Under the pieces are notes generated by a model, which saw nothing but the letters and a program-made list of their open reading frames with translations, did no database searches and was not told the DNA's origin. A DNA stretch of 64,000 bases from the NCBI RefSeq assembly GCF_009914755.1, contig NC_060936.1, one strand, 5' to 3'. This document shows positions 15,641 to 30,755 of this stretch, piece after piece. Position numbers and translations under genes: made by a program. The number at the start of each line of letters is the position of its first letter. The stretch's first letter is position 1. The DNA is from the human T2T-CHM13v2.0 reference genome, Homo sapiens.

Positions 15641-16908
15641 ACTTGAAATATCCATATTGTTGCTTCTTAAAACTTGTTTCAACATGGGCTGTTGGCATAG
15701 TACTGAATCTCAATCTAGTAACTTAAATTCTGGGGTCAGTAGAAAATGAGAAGAGAAAGAAAACTTATGCCACAGTGCTGTCGCTATACAGAGATTCAGT
15801 GAAATCTTAGTGGTTTTATCTTATTTGGTCACTGATTTGCTATAAAAGATTGATCATTAGAATTAAAAGCTAAAAGAAAGTGTAATTGTCCTCTGCTTAT
15901 TGAAAGAATTAAAAAGTTCATGTAGTCTGTTGAAATATCTTCCATAGATGATCAAGATAGAAAAGCGGAATAACCAAATTAAATTTACAATGGAGAAAAA
16001 GAACTACTTTATAAAGTATTACAGCATAAAATTAGAAATAAAGGCATTGGTTTTTGAAATAAGAAAACTACAGTAGATTATTGTCAAATAAAGCATATAG
16101 CTCTGCCAAAATACTACAAAGTATGTTTTTACAAAAGCAAGAAAGTAAAACCTAACTTCAGGGAAATAACAAGAAATCATTCTCAAATATTACTTGAGAT
16201 CTCAGCATGTATGTGGCACAGGAGAAGAAAATTAGTTTTAGAGAAGTCAAACAGAAAAAAACTCACATGTTATCTGTCATGTTTTGCCCCCCAAGTTACA
16301 ATTAATTATGCAACTAATTAAATGTGAAAAATAATAAATTACAGAATTATCTCAAGTAAACAATGAACACGTTTCTTGATATGACCAATAATTTATGAAA
16401 TAATTACTTAAATAAATTTGCTATATTTTCACAACACTGAAAAACATATAGTCAGAAAGAAATGTTATATTGTCTGTCTTCTTTATAGAGCTAGTAATAA
16501 AAACACATTAAAAATGATCAGTATCTACATTTAAATATATGAAACTTTAAAATTTGAGTATGAGATTACCTTATTTAGAAAGACAGAATTTATAATACAT
16601 TAGGAGATTCAAAAAATACATTTAATGGATCATCTATATCAAAAAATAAGAACCTTTAAAAGGAGGTCTCCTAGGGCTTCAAGACTTCCATGTTCTTCAT
16701 CCAAATGAGTATTATCAGTTAACGTGCATCAAATAACCATCACAATAAAGTATGATTACTGGATCTACAGAAGCATGCAGTGAAATGTCTTCTTGAGTAA
16801 TGGAGAACATATTTGCTACATTTCTTTGACTTTTTTACTCAATTAACTATTCTTTATCCACTGCAGAATTCTCCATAATTAGAAGTAATACCATTACCAT
16901 TCACCTTA

Positions 16909-18661
16909 AAATTTTTAATTTTTATTTTTCTATAAGTTATTGGGGTACAGGTGGTATTTGGTTACATGAATAAGTTCCTTAGTGGTGATTTGTGAGATTT
17001 TGGTGCACCCATCACCCGAGCAGTATATACTGCCCCATGTTTGTAGTATTTTATCCCTTGCTCAACCCCCACTCTTGCCCCCAGGTCCCTAAACTCCATC
17101 GTATCATTCTTATGTCTTTGTGTCCTCATAGCTTTAGCTTCCACATGTCAGTGAGAACATATGATGCTTGGTTTTCCACTCCTGAGTTACTGCACTTAGA
17201 ATAATAGTCTCCAATCTCATCCAGGTCACTGCAAATGCTGTTAATTCATTCCTTTTTATGGCCGAGCAGTATTCCATCACGTATATATACCAAAGTTCCT
17301 TTATCCACTTGTTGACTGATGGGCATTTGGGTTGGTTCTGTGATTTTGCAATTGTGAGTTGTGCTGCTATAAGCATGCGTGTGCAAATATCTTTTTCAAA
17401 TAATGACTTCATTGCCTCTGGGTGGATACCCAGCAGGAGGATCACTGGATGAAACGGCAGTTCTACTTTTAGTTCTCTAAGGAATCTCCACACTGTTTTC
17501 CACAGTGACTGTACTAGTCTACACTCACAACAGCAGTGTAGAAGTGTTCCCTGATCACTGCATCCATGCCAACATCTACTGTTTTTGATTTTTTGATTAT
17601 GGCCATTCTTGCAGGAGTAAGGTGCTATCACATTGCGGTTTTGATTTGCATTTCCCCAACCATTAGAGATGCTGAGCCTCCTTTCATATGTTTGTTGGCC
17701 ATTTGTGTATCTTCCTTTGAGAATTGTCCATTCATGCCCTTAGCCCACTTTTTGACGGGATTGTTTGTTTTTATTCTTACTGATTTGTTTGTGTTTGTTG
17801 CAGATTCTGGATATTAGTCATTTGTCAGATGTGTAGATTGTGAAGATTTTCTCCCACTCTGTGAGTTGTCTGTTTACTCTGCTGACTGTTCCTTTTGCCT
17901 TGCAAAAGCTCTTTAGTTTAATTAGGTCCCAGCTATTTATCTTTGTTTTTATTGCATTTGCTTTTGGGTTCTTGGTCATGAAATCCTTGCCTAAGCCAAT
18001 GTCTATAAGGGTTTTCCCAAAGTTATCTTTTAGAATTTTTATACTTTCAGGCCTTAGGTTTAAGACTTTAATCCATCTTGAGTTGATTTTTGTGCAAGGT
18101 GAGAGGTGAGGATCCAGTTTCATTCTTCTACATTTCTCCTACATGTGGCTAGCCAATTATCCCAGCACCATTTGTTGACAAGGGTGTCCTTTCCTCACTT
18201 TATGTTTTTGTTTCCTTTGTCAAAGATCACTTGGCTGTTAAGTATTTGGGTTTCTTTCTGGGTTCTCTATACTGTTCCATTGGTCTATGTGCCTATTCTT
18301 ATACCAGTACCACGCTGTTTTGGTGACTATGGCCTTAGAGCATAGTTTGAAATCAGGTAATGTGATGCCTCCAGATTTGTTCTTTTTGCTTAGTCTTGCT
18401 TTGGCTGTCTGGGCTCTTTTAAGGTTCCATATAAATTTTGGATTGTTATTTCTAATTCTGTGAACGATGATGGTGATATTTTGATGGAAATTGCATATGT
18501 TGTATGTTGCTTTTGGCAGTATGGTCATTTTTGCAATATTGATTCTACCCATCCATAAGCATGGGATGTGTTTCCATTTGTGTCATCTATGCTTTCTTTC
18601 AGCGGGGTTTTTAGTTTTCCTTGTAAGGGTCTTTTGACTCCTTTGTTAGGTATATTCCTAA

Positions 18662-18706
<45 letters not shown>

Positions 18707-21700
18707 GCAGCTATTGGAAAAGGGGTTGAGTTCTTGATTTAATTCTCTGCTTGGTCGCTGCTGGTGTTTAGAAGAGCTACTGATTTGTGTATGTTAATCT
18801 TGTATCTGAAAACTTTGCTGAATTATTTTATCAGTTCTAGGAGCTTTCTGGAGGAGTGCTTAGGGTTTTCAAGGTAAAGGATCCTATCATCAGCAAACAG
18901 GGACAGTTTAACTTCCTCTTCACCGATTTGGATGCCCTTTATTTCTCTCTCTTATCTGATTGCTCTGGCTAGGACTTCCAGTACTATGTTGAAGAGGAGC
19001 AGTGAGAGTGGGCATCCTTGTCTTGTTCCTGTTCTCAGAGGGAATGCTTTCAACTTTTCCCCATTCAGTATTATGTTGGCCATGGGTTTGTCATAGATGG
19101 CTTTTATTACATTAAGGTATTTCCTTTGTATGCCAATTTTGCTGAGGGTTTTAATCATAAAGTGATGCTGGATTTTGTCAAATGCTTTTTCTGCATCTAT
19201 TGAGATGATCATGTGATTTTTGTTTTTAATTCTGTTTACGTGGTGTATCACATTATTGACTTGTGTATGTTAAACCATCCCTGCATCTCTGGTATAAAAT
19301 CCACTTGATCATAATGGATTATCTTTTTAATATGCTGTTGGATTCAGTTAGCTAGTATTTTGTTAAGGATTTTAGCATCTATGTTCATCAAGGATATCAG
19401 TCTGCAGTTTTTTTTTTAGGTTGTGTCCTTTCCTGGTTTTGGTGATGCTGGCTTCATGAAATGAATTAGGGAGGGTTCCTTCTTTTTATATCTGTGGAAT
19501 AGTGTCAAAAGGATTGGTACCAATTCTTTGAACATCTGGTAGAATTCTGCTGTGAATCCATCTGGTCTTGGACTTTTTTAATTGGTAATTTTTTAATTAC
19601 TGTGTCAATCTTGGTGCTTGTTATTGATCTGCTCAGGGTATCTAATTATTCTTGATTTAAGCTAGGAGGGTTGTATTTTTTCCAGGAATTTATCTGTCTC
19701 TTCCAGGTTTTCTAGTTTGTGTGCATAAAGATGTTCATAGTAGCCTTGAATGATCTTTTGTATTTGAGTGGTGTCAGTTGTAGTATCTCCTGTTTTATTT
19801 CTTAGTGAGGTTATTTGGATATTCTCTCTTCTTTTCTTGGTTAATCTTGCTAAGGGTCTATCAATTTTATTTTTCTTTTCAAAGAACCAATTTTTTGTTT
19901 CATTTATCTTTTGTATCTTTTTTTTGTTTGTTTGTTTAAATTTCATTTAGTTCTGCTCTGATCTTTGTTATGTCCTTTCTTCTGCTGGGTTTGGGTTTGT
20001 TTTGTTCTTATTTCTTATTTCTCTAGTTCCTTGAAGTGTGACCTTAGATTGCCTGTTTGTGCTCTTTCAGACTTTTTGATATAGGTCTTTAGGGCTATGA
20101 AATTTCCCCGTAGTATCGCGTTAGCTGTATCCCAGAGGTTTTGATAGGTTGTGTCATTATTGTCATTCAGTTCGAAGACTGTTTTAATTTCCATTTGGAT
20201 TTTGTTTTTGACCCAATACTCATTCAGGAGCAGTTTATTAATTTCCATATATTTGAGTGGTTTTGAAGGTTCCTTTTTGAGTTGATTTCCAGTTTTATTC
20301 CACTGTAGTCTGAGAGAGTGCTGGATATTATTTCAATTTTCTTAAATTAATTGAGGCTTGTTTTATGGCCTATCATATGGTCTATCTTGGAGAAAGTTTC
20401 ATGCACCATTGAATAGAATGTGTATTCTGTGGGTGTTGGATGAAATGTTCTGTACATATCTGTTAAGTCCACTTGTTCCAAGGTATAGTTTAAATCCATT
20501 GTTTCTTTGTTGACTTTCCGTCTTGATGACCTGTCTAGTACTCACTGGAGTATTGAAGTCTCCCACTATTATTATGTTGCTGTCTATCTCATTTCTTAGG
20601 TTTATTAGTAATTGTTTTATAAATTTGTGATCTCCAATGTTAGGTGCATATATGTTTAGGATTGTGATATATTCCTGTTGGACAAGGCTTTTTACCATTA
20701 TATAATGTCCCTCTTTGGGTCTTTTAGCTGCTGTTGTTTTCCAATTTGTTTCATACGATATAAGAATAGCTGCCCCTGCTCACTTTTGGTGTCCATTTCC
20801 ATGAAATGCCTATTTCCACCTCATTACTTTAAGTTTATGTGAGTCCTTATGTGTTAGGCGAGTCTCCTGAAGGCAGCAGATAGTTGGTTGGTGAGTTCTT
20901 ATCCATTCTGCAGTGCTGTATCTTTTAAGTGGAGCATTTAGTCCATTTACATTCAATATTAGTATTGAAATGTGAGGTACCATTACATTCATTATGCTCT
21001 TTGTTGCCTCAGTACTTTGGTTTGTTTTTTGTTTTTTGTTTTTGCTTTTTAACTTGTATTTTTGTTTTATGGGGCCTTTGTGATTTATGCTTTAAAAAGG
21101 TTCTGATTTGATGTGTTTCCAGGATTTGTTTCATGATTTAGAGCTCCTTTTAACAGTTTTCATAGTGATGGCTTTGTAATGGTGAATTCTCTTAGCATTT
21201 GTTTGTCTGAAAACGACTGTATCTTTCCTTCAAATATGATGCTTAGTTTCACTGAATACACAGTTCTTGGCTGATACTGGTTTTGTTTGAGGAAGCTGAA
21301 GACAGGGCCTCAATCCTTTTTAGCTTGTAGGGATTCTGCTGAGAAATCTGCTGTTAATCTGATAGGTTTTCTTTTATAGGTTACCTGGTGCTTCTATCTC
21401 ATAGCTCTTAAGATTCTTTCCTTTGTCTTAACTTTGGATAACCTGATGACACTGTGCCTAGATGAAGATCTTTTTGTGATGAATTGCCCAGGTGTTCTTT
21501 GTGCTTCTTGTATTTGCATGTCTAGATCTCTAGCAAGGCCAGGGAAGTTTTCCTAGATTATTCTCCCCAATATGTTTTCCAAGCTTTTAGAATTCTCTTC
21601 TTCCTGTCAGGAACATCGATTATTCTTAGGTTTGATCGTGTAACATAATCCCAGACTTCTGGGAGGCTTTGTTCATATTTTCTTCTTCTTTTTACTTTGT

Positions 21701-23513
21701 CTTTGTTGGATTGAGTTAATTCGAAGACCTTGTCTTCAAGCTCCGAATTTCTTTCTTCTACTTGTTCAATTCTTTTGCCGAGACTTTCCAGAGCATTTCA
21801 CATTTCTAAAAGTGTGTCCAAAGTCTCCTGAATTTTTTATTGTTTTTTCTTTAAGCTATCTATTTCCTTGAATATTTCTCCCTTCCCTTCTTGTATCATT
21901 TTTTGGATTTCCTTGCATTGGGCTTCGTCTTTCTCTGGTCCCTTCCTGATTAGCTTAATAACTACTCTCCTTAATTCTTTTTCAGGTAAATCAGAGATTT
22001 CTTCTTGGTTTGCATCCATTGCTGGTGAACTAGTGTGATTTTTGGCAGGTGTTGATGAGCTTTGTTTTGTCATATTACTAGGATTGTTTTCTGGTTCCTT
22101 CTCATTTGGGTAGGCTCTGACAGAGGGAATGTCTAGGGCTGAAGGCTGTTGTTCAGATTTTTTTGTCCCATGGGGTGTTCCCTTGATGTAGTACTTTCCA
22201 CCTTTTCCTGTGGATGTGGCTTCCTGTGAGCCAAACTGCCATGATTGTTTTCTCTCTTCTGGGTCTAGGCACCCAGCGAGTCTACCCAGCTCCAGGCTGG
22301 TACTGGGGGTTCTCAGCACAGAGTCCTGTGATGTGAACCATCTATGGGTCTCTCAGCTGTGGATATCAGTGCCTGTTCTGATGGAGGTGGCAGAGTGCAA
22401 TGGACTCTGTGAGGGCCCTTAGCTTTGGTGTTTTAATGCTCTATTTTGTGTTGGTTAGCTGCCTGCCAGAAGGTGGCACTTTCCAGAAAGCATCAGCTGT
22501 AGTAGTGTGGAGAGGGACTGGCCGGGGGCAGGGCCCTAGAATTCCCAAGATTATATGGCCTCTGTCTTCCACTACCAAGGTGGAAAGGGAAGGACCATCA
22601 GGTGGGGGCAGTGCTAGGTGTGTCTGAGCTCAGACTCTCCTTGGGCAGGTCTTACTGTGGCTACTGTGGGGGATGGGGGTGAGAGTCCCAGGTCACTGAA
22701 ACTGTGTACCTAGGAGGATTATGGCTGCCTCTGCTGAGTCATGCAAGTTGTCAGGGAAGTGGGGGAAAACCAGCAGTCACAGGCCTCACCCAACTCTCAT
22801 GCAAATTGAAGGGCCAGTCTCACACCCACCATGCTCCCACAAAGGTCCCTAGTCTGTTTCCAGGCAGAGGGTAAGACAGGCTTGAAAACTTGCCTGAGGC
22901 TTTCTGCCTTCCAGCCGTGAAAGAAAGGGGCTTTAATTCTTCCCCCTCCTGTGAAGTCTGAAAGCCAGATTCACACCCTCCCCAGAGTTCTGGCCAGGAG
23001 GCTTCTCACCCTGTTCAAATTGTTACAAAGTTCAGCTAGAGATTTCCTTCACTCTGTGGAGTTTTACTCCCTGCTCCTCTGGCCACCCTCCTGATGGGTC
23101 CCTGTGGTGTCAGGCAGGAATGGGCTGCCTGGGGACCCAGTGATCTCCCAGGGCCTTTCTGCTGCTTCTTCTACCCCTGTATTTCGCTCAGCTTGGCTCT
23201 CTAACTTGATTCATCTCCAAGTAAAGTCGGAAACTTCTTCTGCAAACAGACCTTCAACTTCTCCAGTGGGGGTGTGTGTTCAAGAGAGGAGGGTCTCCCT
23301 TTCTCACCTCCACAGTTGGGGCGCTCACAGTATTTGGGGTGTCTCCCAGGTCCTGAAGGAGCAGTCTGCTTCCTTCAGAGGGTTTGTTTGTCCTCTCAGG
23401 ATTGCTGGTTTGTTTTTGCAGTTGATCTGGAGCTAAAATTCATAGTGCAAGCCTCTGCATGTTGCTCTGTCCAGAGCTGCAATCTAGTCCTGCCTCTCGT
23501 CTGCCATGATCCC
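16909..23513 (-). mobile_element. Full-length (~6.6 kb) inactive L1PB1 with L1PBa-type 5' UTR
   Basis: 3' end TTATTGGGGTACAGGTGGTATTTGGTTACATG; ORF2 pieces (EN NVNGLNAPLKR at 20992, [14 protein letters not shown] and [10 protein letters not shown]-term CGS at 17134); ORF1 piece 21837-22100; 5' start (rc) GGGATCATGGCAGACGAGAGGCAGGACTAGATTGCAGCTC; many stops and frameshifts. Confidence 0.93.
18662..18706. repeat. (ATT)15 microsatellite inside L1PB1 ORF2
   Basis: 45-bp perfect ATT array. Confidence 0.97.
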
Positions 23514-25003
23514 AAAATCCTCCTGCAGTTTATCTTAACACTTAAAATAGAAACTGGTTTGGCTGACTGTAGAAAGGAAGGTCCTTTAAATTTTTACAGC
23601 ATCTTTCTGAGAGCACAGAGTACTTGACTACGCTTCCTCACCCAGCCATGGCCTGTGAACTCTCTCTCAGAGCATAGCTGCCTTCCTCTGTTTTAACTTT
23701 GTGCCTCTCAGTTATCCATAGGGAGTCCATTTTGCTATTAGCCAGAGGCATATTTTAACAGTATCATTTCTAATTCTTGCAATAGTTTAAAAATATGTGT
23801 AGTGCAGTTGGATAAAAATGTTCCTTTGTATAGAATATCACTATCTGTTCATGAATCTAAACATAGTTCTTTCCTAGCATACCTTCCAAAGATAATGTGC
23901 ATTTACTTTCCTCCAACTTTCACTGTTTTATTCAAGGTGACCAAGTTAGACTCAATTTTCCCATCTGTTAACTCCACCCATGGAGAATTTGTTTACTTCC
24001 ATAGAAGTTCCCTTTGTATTACAGTACTATAGTGAATTCAATGAATCACGTAAAAATACTACCAGTTTTCATTTGTTGTGTGCCCACTAATTCTTGAGTT
24101 CAGTTAAAACTTGAAATTATTCTTCTAAAATGCCACAGTGCATTTAATTACTGACTTGCTGCTGTAGAGTTTTTTATTATACTAGAGTTAATCATAGTTT
24201 TATTGTTTATAAAAAGTTCATTACTAAAAGGTGTTTAATGGTTATCTGCTAGCATTTTAAAATGGCATAGTAGTAATCAGCCCTCAAAGGACTGTGTCTA
24301 CCTAAGGTTAGCTGAAAAACACAGCAGCCTAATTACCATCCCAAATCACCACCCTGCCATCTGTTATCTCTAGGAGAAGCAGAAGAAAATGTAAATCTCT
24401 GGGAAATAAGGGCTTTGTGTGAGAAGTCCAGATTTTTTTTTTTTTCATTTTCCCCACAGTATTTGTGGTGGTACTAACAGTGCCATAATGAAAGGACTTT
24501 TTCTTTCCTGTTATCCTTTTATTCTTGAAGAGAAGTGTCAGAGATACCAAAACCATGGAATCATAACATGCATATATCACTTCAGTCTGCTTTTGAAGAC
24601 CAAAATAAAATGCAAACTAGGTGGACAAACAGAACTTCACACCGTAGAGCTACTCACCTAACACCCTGTACTGAGATAAACTCATTACAGAGAAGACACA
24701 TTTTTGACATAGGTAACATATTTTTCAACCAGATTTGAAAATTGCACAGCTCTAATCTTACTGCTAGCCACTATATTTATTTTTCACATACAACTCAGTT
24801 TCCATAAAAATAATCTATGTTATGATACAAAACAGATGAATGGTGTTGTAATGTTCTGGCCTTTAAAAGAAATTAGTTGCATTTAAAAACAAAAAAAACA
24901 CGATATTACTCTTTGTTCTGTAGGAATTCTCTTATATCAAAAAGAAAGTTAAACTTTATTACATTTATACTAATGAGGCAATGGGAATATAAATAAGGGA
25001 GCT

Positions 25004-25316
25004 GGCCAGGTACAGTGGCTCATGCCTGTAATCCCAATACTTTGGGAAGCTAAGGTAGGAGTATCACTTGAGACCCAGAGTTTAAGGTCAGCCTAGGGAA
25101 CATAGTAAGACTCCATCTCTACAAAAAATGTAAAAAAAAAAAAAACACTTCAGCTGGGTGTCATAGCATACACCATAGTCCCAACTACTCAGGAGGCTGA
25201 GGAGAGAGGATCGCTTCAGCCCAGGAGTTTAAGGCTGCAGTAAGCCACTATCATGTTACTGTACTCCAGCCTGGGCAACAGCATAAGACCCTCACTCAAA
25301 ATTTTTTTAAAAAAAA
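25004..25316 (+). mobile_element. AluJ
   Basis: Dimeric Alu with J-type CATAGTAAGAC and GCCCAGGAGTTTAAGGCTGCAG. Confidence 0.92.
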
Positions 25317-25842
25317 GAGACACAAAAACTGGTTTGTAATGAAAATAATACAATGAAACTTAAACCTTTCTCATAATTTATATTTTTTCATCCCACCGAG
25401 GCAGCCACTTTGAAGACCAAAATCATTTCTGAACTTTCTGTGATTCATGTCAAGAAAGTACTCTGAGTCCATATAAAAAGATAGTAATTTCAATTCCAAT
25501 TACTTTTGGTACACTATATATACAAACTGATCAATCAGTTAATAAAGTATTTCAATAAAAATTATTTTGTCTAAGAAATTATAGTCACATATCCTGGAAA
25601 TCATGCAATCATGATTTTTAACTTAAAAGGGATCTTGTTTATTTTGACTGTATAAAATAATATATGATAACAGAATAAGATGATGAAAATAAAATCGCAA
25701 AACTGTTGTTGAAATTTTAATAGTGAACTGATAAAATATTTCATATTTTATACTATTGCTTACTTTCATTTCTTTATTCTTGGATATAATTCTGTACCAG
25801 AGAGAGCATAATAATAAACTTCTAAATATACTTTCTTTCTGG

Positions 25843-26500
25843 TTTATTCATTTAAGAAAATATTATTGAATACTACTGTATGTTAAGCAACATCTTATAG
25901 ACTGGGAGTAGATTAAGCGTAAATATCCACTGTTCCATTCCCATAGCGTACTACCTACTGTGTGAAAAATATATCACACAATGGCACAATGTAAGGAAAA
26001 GCATAACACACACAAAAAAATCTGTGTAGACAGACAATGAAATCTGATCTAGACTGGGGGGTAGGGGTTCAAATGAGAAACCTAAGGAAGCAACCCTTAA
26101 CTTAAAGTCTCAAAGATGAAGAGGAGTTAACTGAGCAAAGAGGTCAGAGCATGTGAGCCACACATATAAATACTCTGTATTATGAGAAAGTGTGGCATGT
26201 TTTAGAAAAAAAACATGAAAAAAGAAGTGAGTTATAAGACAAGAAGCCAAAAGGTAAACAAAGGACAATCCATACAGGGCATTGTTCTCAATCCTAAAAT
26301 ATTGGTAAGCCACTAAATGATTTATGCCACGAAGTTATATAGTCATATATGAATTTGAAAAGAGTACTGTGACTGTGGAGGAGATACTGTGCTGTTAATC
26401 TAGTTTTGAGGCTGCTGGACTACCCTATAAAGAGATTATATTTATTTAGAGTTAAGAGCAGCAGATAATGAGCCAAGTGGATGAAGATGAGAAGTTACAT
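25843..26500 (-). mobile_element. L2 LINE 3' fragment
   Basis: TTATTCATTTAAGAAAATATTATTGAATACTACTG (reverse L2 tail) and downstream L2-like blocks. Confidence 0.6.
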
Positions 26501-26781
26501 GATAGTACTTTATAAATTGTTACCTATTTTGTAAACTTTTTGTTTACATAAGCTTGAATAGAATTTTTTTCCATATGTAATATTATGTATATTAATTATT
26601 CATGTAACTTTGATAGATTGATAGATTGATTTGTGAAATATGATAGATGAGCATATGAGTTTATCTCCTCTCTCTCCCAAACCCATTGTGTTAGTCAGTC
26701 ATACCTTTCTCCAATGTTTCTACTGCTCCACCTTCCAGGCATACAGAACATATGCCCTTCCCCATCCAACTGAAATTGGGC

Positions 26782-27086
26782 AGCTGAGTGTGGTTGCTCA
26801 CGCCTGTAATCCCAGCATTTTGGGAGGCCAAGGTGGGTGGATCATGAGGTCAGGAGATCAAGACCATCCTGGCCAACATGGCGAAACACTGTCTCTACTA
26901 AAAATACAAAAATTAGCTGGGCTTGATGGTGCGTGCCTGTAATCCTAGCTACTCAGGAGGCTGAGGGAGGAGAATCGCTTGAACCAGGGAGTCAGAGGTT
27001 GCAGTGAGCCAACATTGTGCCACTGCACTCCAGCCTGATGACAAAGCAAAACTCCATCTCAAAAAAAAAAAAAAAAGGAAAGAAAA
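26782..27086 (+). mobile_element. AluSc with 10-bp TSD
   Basis: GGATCATGAGGTCAGGAGATCAAGACCATCCTGGCCAAC; TSD GAAATTGGGC (26772-26781) / GAAATTAGGC (27087-27096). Confidence 0.92.
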
Positions 27087-27758
27087 GAAATTAGGCATGG
27101 ACATATGACTCACATGGACTACTGACAAGACTAGAGAAAGGGGTCAATGAAATCTTTGAATATGTGGCAATTAAGGTGGATTTTGCAATATTACCATAAA
27201 CTACCTAGAGAATGTTGGAAAAAGAACCTGATAAAAATGTTAAACATTTCCAAAATTATGAAAAAAATCTCGCCACAGAATTTACAAATGGGTTACAAAA
27301 TATGTATTTAAAACATTTGTGAGAAATAGTTAAAGTTACTTTAAGCTAACATAACTGCAACAGCATAATAATTTTGTAGTAATAAAAACAAATTATTAGA
27401 AGAAATTAATATCTCAGAGACACATCCAAAGATGAAGTTTTGGATTGTTATAGAACTCATTAGAACTGAATAAGGAAAGGCTGAACTAAGTTAATGACAT
27501 TGGAACACTTGGTTTTCCACCAAAAGTCAAGTATATTTAGATGTCCTACTTATACCATTCATATGCCATGTAATATGAAATAAAGACCTAAACTATAATA
27601 ATCTTAGATATTAAAACCAAACTATAAAAACAATACGAAATAATTTAACAGATTATGTTTCTGTTCTTAGACAGGCAATATCTTCTTAAATAAGATTTTA
27701 AAAGCAAAAGACAAAAATAATTCATGTTAGATATTTGATAGTACAAATTATACAGGCA

Positions 27759-27759
<1 letters not shown>

Positions 27760-27792
<33 letters not shown>
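27760..27792. repeat. (CA)n microsatellite
   Basis: Pure AC run of about 16 units. Confidence 0.95.
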
Positions 27793-27794
<2 letters not shown>

Positions 27795-29302
27795 ACAAAA
27801 AACTCCATAGAAAAGGATCAAATCAAGAGACATACTGGGGGGAAATACATATAACACAGGAGAAAAACAGAATATTAGAATATATTTTTAAATTTATGAA
27901 CTAGTAACACAGATAAATGATATAAACAAAATTGGTCCAAGAAACATACAAACACACACAGATACACAATCAATAGAAAATTTTGTTTCTATTGGCAAAT
28001 TTTAATGAAAACAGTGAGATTCCATTCTATCCTCACTTCAGAAATCAAGTTTCAGAATAATTAAGAGATTATATTAATAATTATTTTAAAAATCTCTATT
28101 TTTACTACCACATACATGTGTTTATAAACATGTAGAAAAATGCCTGGAAGGATCTACAATTAACTATTTTCCTTCTGGCTTTGAAAAGAAGAAAGCTGTA
28201 ATGAAGCAGTAGTCAAGTAAGATATTAACCTATTTATAATACTCAATATATTAATAAGATTGTTTTCACATATTTGTGTAAGTATACATTAATTTTAGAA
28301 ATACAGAGATCTATATGGTTTAAGAGACAAATGTTTTGTAAGTATTAAGCCACAATTTATTTTTTCTGGACAAAATTTTTAACATTTCTGAATTTAAACA
28401 TCTTTTTTTTAACAACAGGAAAGTAAAAGGTACATTTGTTTCATTGAGTCAGACAATGGAGGTGAAGCTGTTAAGAAAAAATAAACTCCATACAAGGTAA
28501 GTTATAATACTTCTATATTTTTGCTTGAACTTTGAGGAAAAAGTGAGACTAAATTATGTATATATTTACTATAATTATGTTATTTAGATAAGTATAAATG
28601 TCATCAATCAATGCTTTCTCTTTAGAATATCTATTAACAAATAAATACTTTATTGCTTCAAATATATTTTTAATTCTTTTTTTGACTGCCATCTCATTAC
28701 TATTAAATTTTAATACATGAGAACTTTGTAAAGGAGTTTGTGTCATCATTTCTTTTAGTTAATTCTATCATTGGAAATAGATTAAATAAAATTTGTCAAC
28801 TAGAAATTATGAATATCACAAAATTGAATATTTTTGGAATAACTATTAAAATTATAAAGTTATTAGGAAATGTAAAATAGGGTTATATTTTTAATTCTAA
28901 AAGGAATTAAAATATTAATTTAAAATTAATGCAACTACTTATACATGTAATTAAGAAATACTGTAGTTATATTAAAGAACCATAGTATTTCTAATATTTT
29001 GAAAGGCATAACAGAAGTAAAGAAAAGAATTCATAATCCTTAATAGACCTCTGAAATTCTTTTTTCATTAATTACACTGTACCACAGCTATAATCTCAAC
29101 TATCTTCAAGAACAGAAAAAGTTAAGTAAAAGAGCAAAGCATGCTGATGTAAAAGCAAATAACTATGCAAGCCTGCTGATGAACTAACTTGTAAAACTCC
29201 TCCTAATGTCAAGGAGAAAAGGGAGGAAGAAATAGCCTGACGCTGGTGAGCTGGAGGGCTCTCTTGGGCCAGTTGGATAGCATAGGCATTAGTCAGCTCC
29301 TA

Positions 29303-29673
<371 letters not shown>

Positions 29674-30529
29674 AAGAATACAGACATCTGTTTTTGTTTT
29701 GTTTTTAATTATTCACAAATTATCGTCAGTTAATGTTGTCTTAGTATTTCTAATGTAATGTGGGTCAAAATAGCACCTCCTCACCCCATATATTTGCTTT
29801 TATTTATATGATTATGATTTTCTTTGGATCTTGTGGTCAGTGGGTATGCTGATACACCCATTGCAGAGTTAATTTGGCACTGCTGGCACATAATATATAA
29901 TTTAATGCATCCATGTATTTACTTACATTTTACTTTTACCCTGGAATTACCAGCTTCCTTGTGCCCAGTAAAGTCTCTAACAACAGTTACAGAAAGGCTT
30001 ATTTTCCAGTTTCCCAGAGAAATGTCAATTTCTCCATGTTTTTTATTATCTTATAAACCCATTCTCTTCCTCTACATGTATCTAGGTTTCTATACTAAAA
30101 GCACCAAACATTCACCTTCATATTTTTAATAATTATATATCTGTTTTATCCACTAAATTGTGAGTTTCCTAAAAGTAGGTACATAAATTTTTCATTTTTG
30201 ACCTTAGCCTAGGGTCTAAGGGTCTTGTATGAACAGACATTCAAAATTACTTATTGAATTGCATTGGTTTGAATTACAATACATATTAAAATTGATTTAA
30301 TTTATATTTATGTATTTATCATATCCATAAACTTGCCCTGAACCTATCTACATGTGAAGCTATGTTATTGGTGCAGATGATACAAAAATATAACAAGTTC
30401 TCTGACATCCAAGGAGATTAACACTTAAGGAGATAGACATTGAGAAACATCAACAATGCATGTTTTAAATATACCAAAATGTAGAAATTGCAATAAATTA
30501 TGTGCAGCTTTCTGTGGGAACATTTTAAA

Positions 30530-30755
30530 CAAATGCTTAACATTTGTCAAGCACTTATTCTGACCTATGCACTGTCCTAGATTTATACTTATGCAAATAA
30601 TCCTTGTAGCAACCCTATAAGGAAGATACTCTTAGGATATATTCCTGGTGAAACACTTAGGAAACTGAGGCACAGAGATGTTAAGCAATTATCCCAAGGG
30701 TCATATAGATCTCATGTGACAAAGCCAGAGTCTATGTTTTAATTACTGTACAGTT
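30530..30755 (-). mobile_element. MIR SINE
   Basis: AGGAAACTGAGGCACAGAGATGTTAAGCAATTATCCCAAGG core. Confidence 0.8.

Noticed and set aside
16895-23550. TSD for the full-length L1PB1 (CACCTTAAAAT / CACTTAAAAT)
   Set aside because: The right copy is ~25 bp from the 5' end and the AT-rich match is too weak
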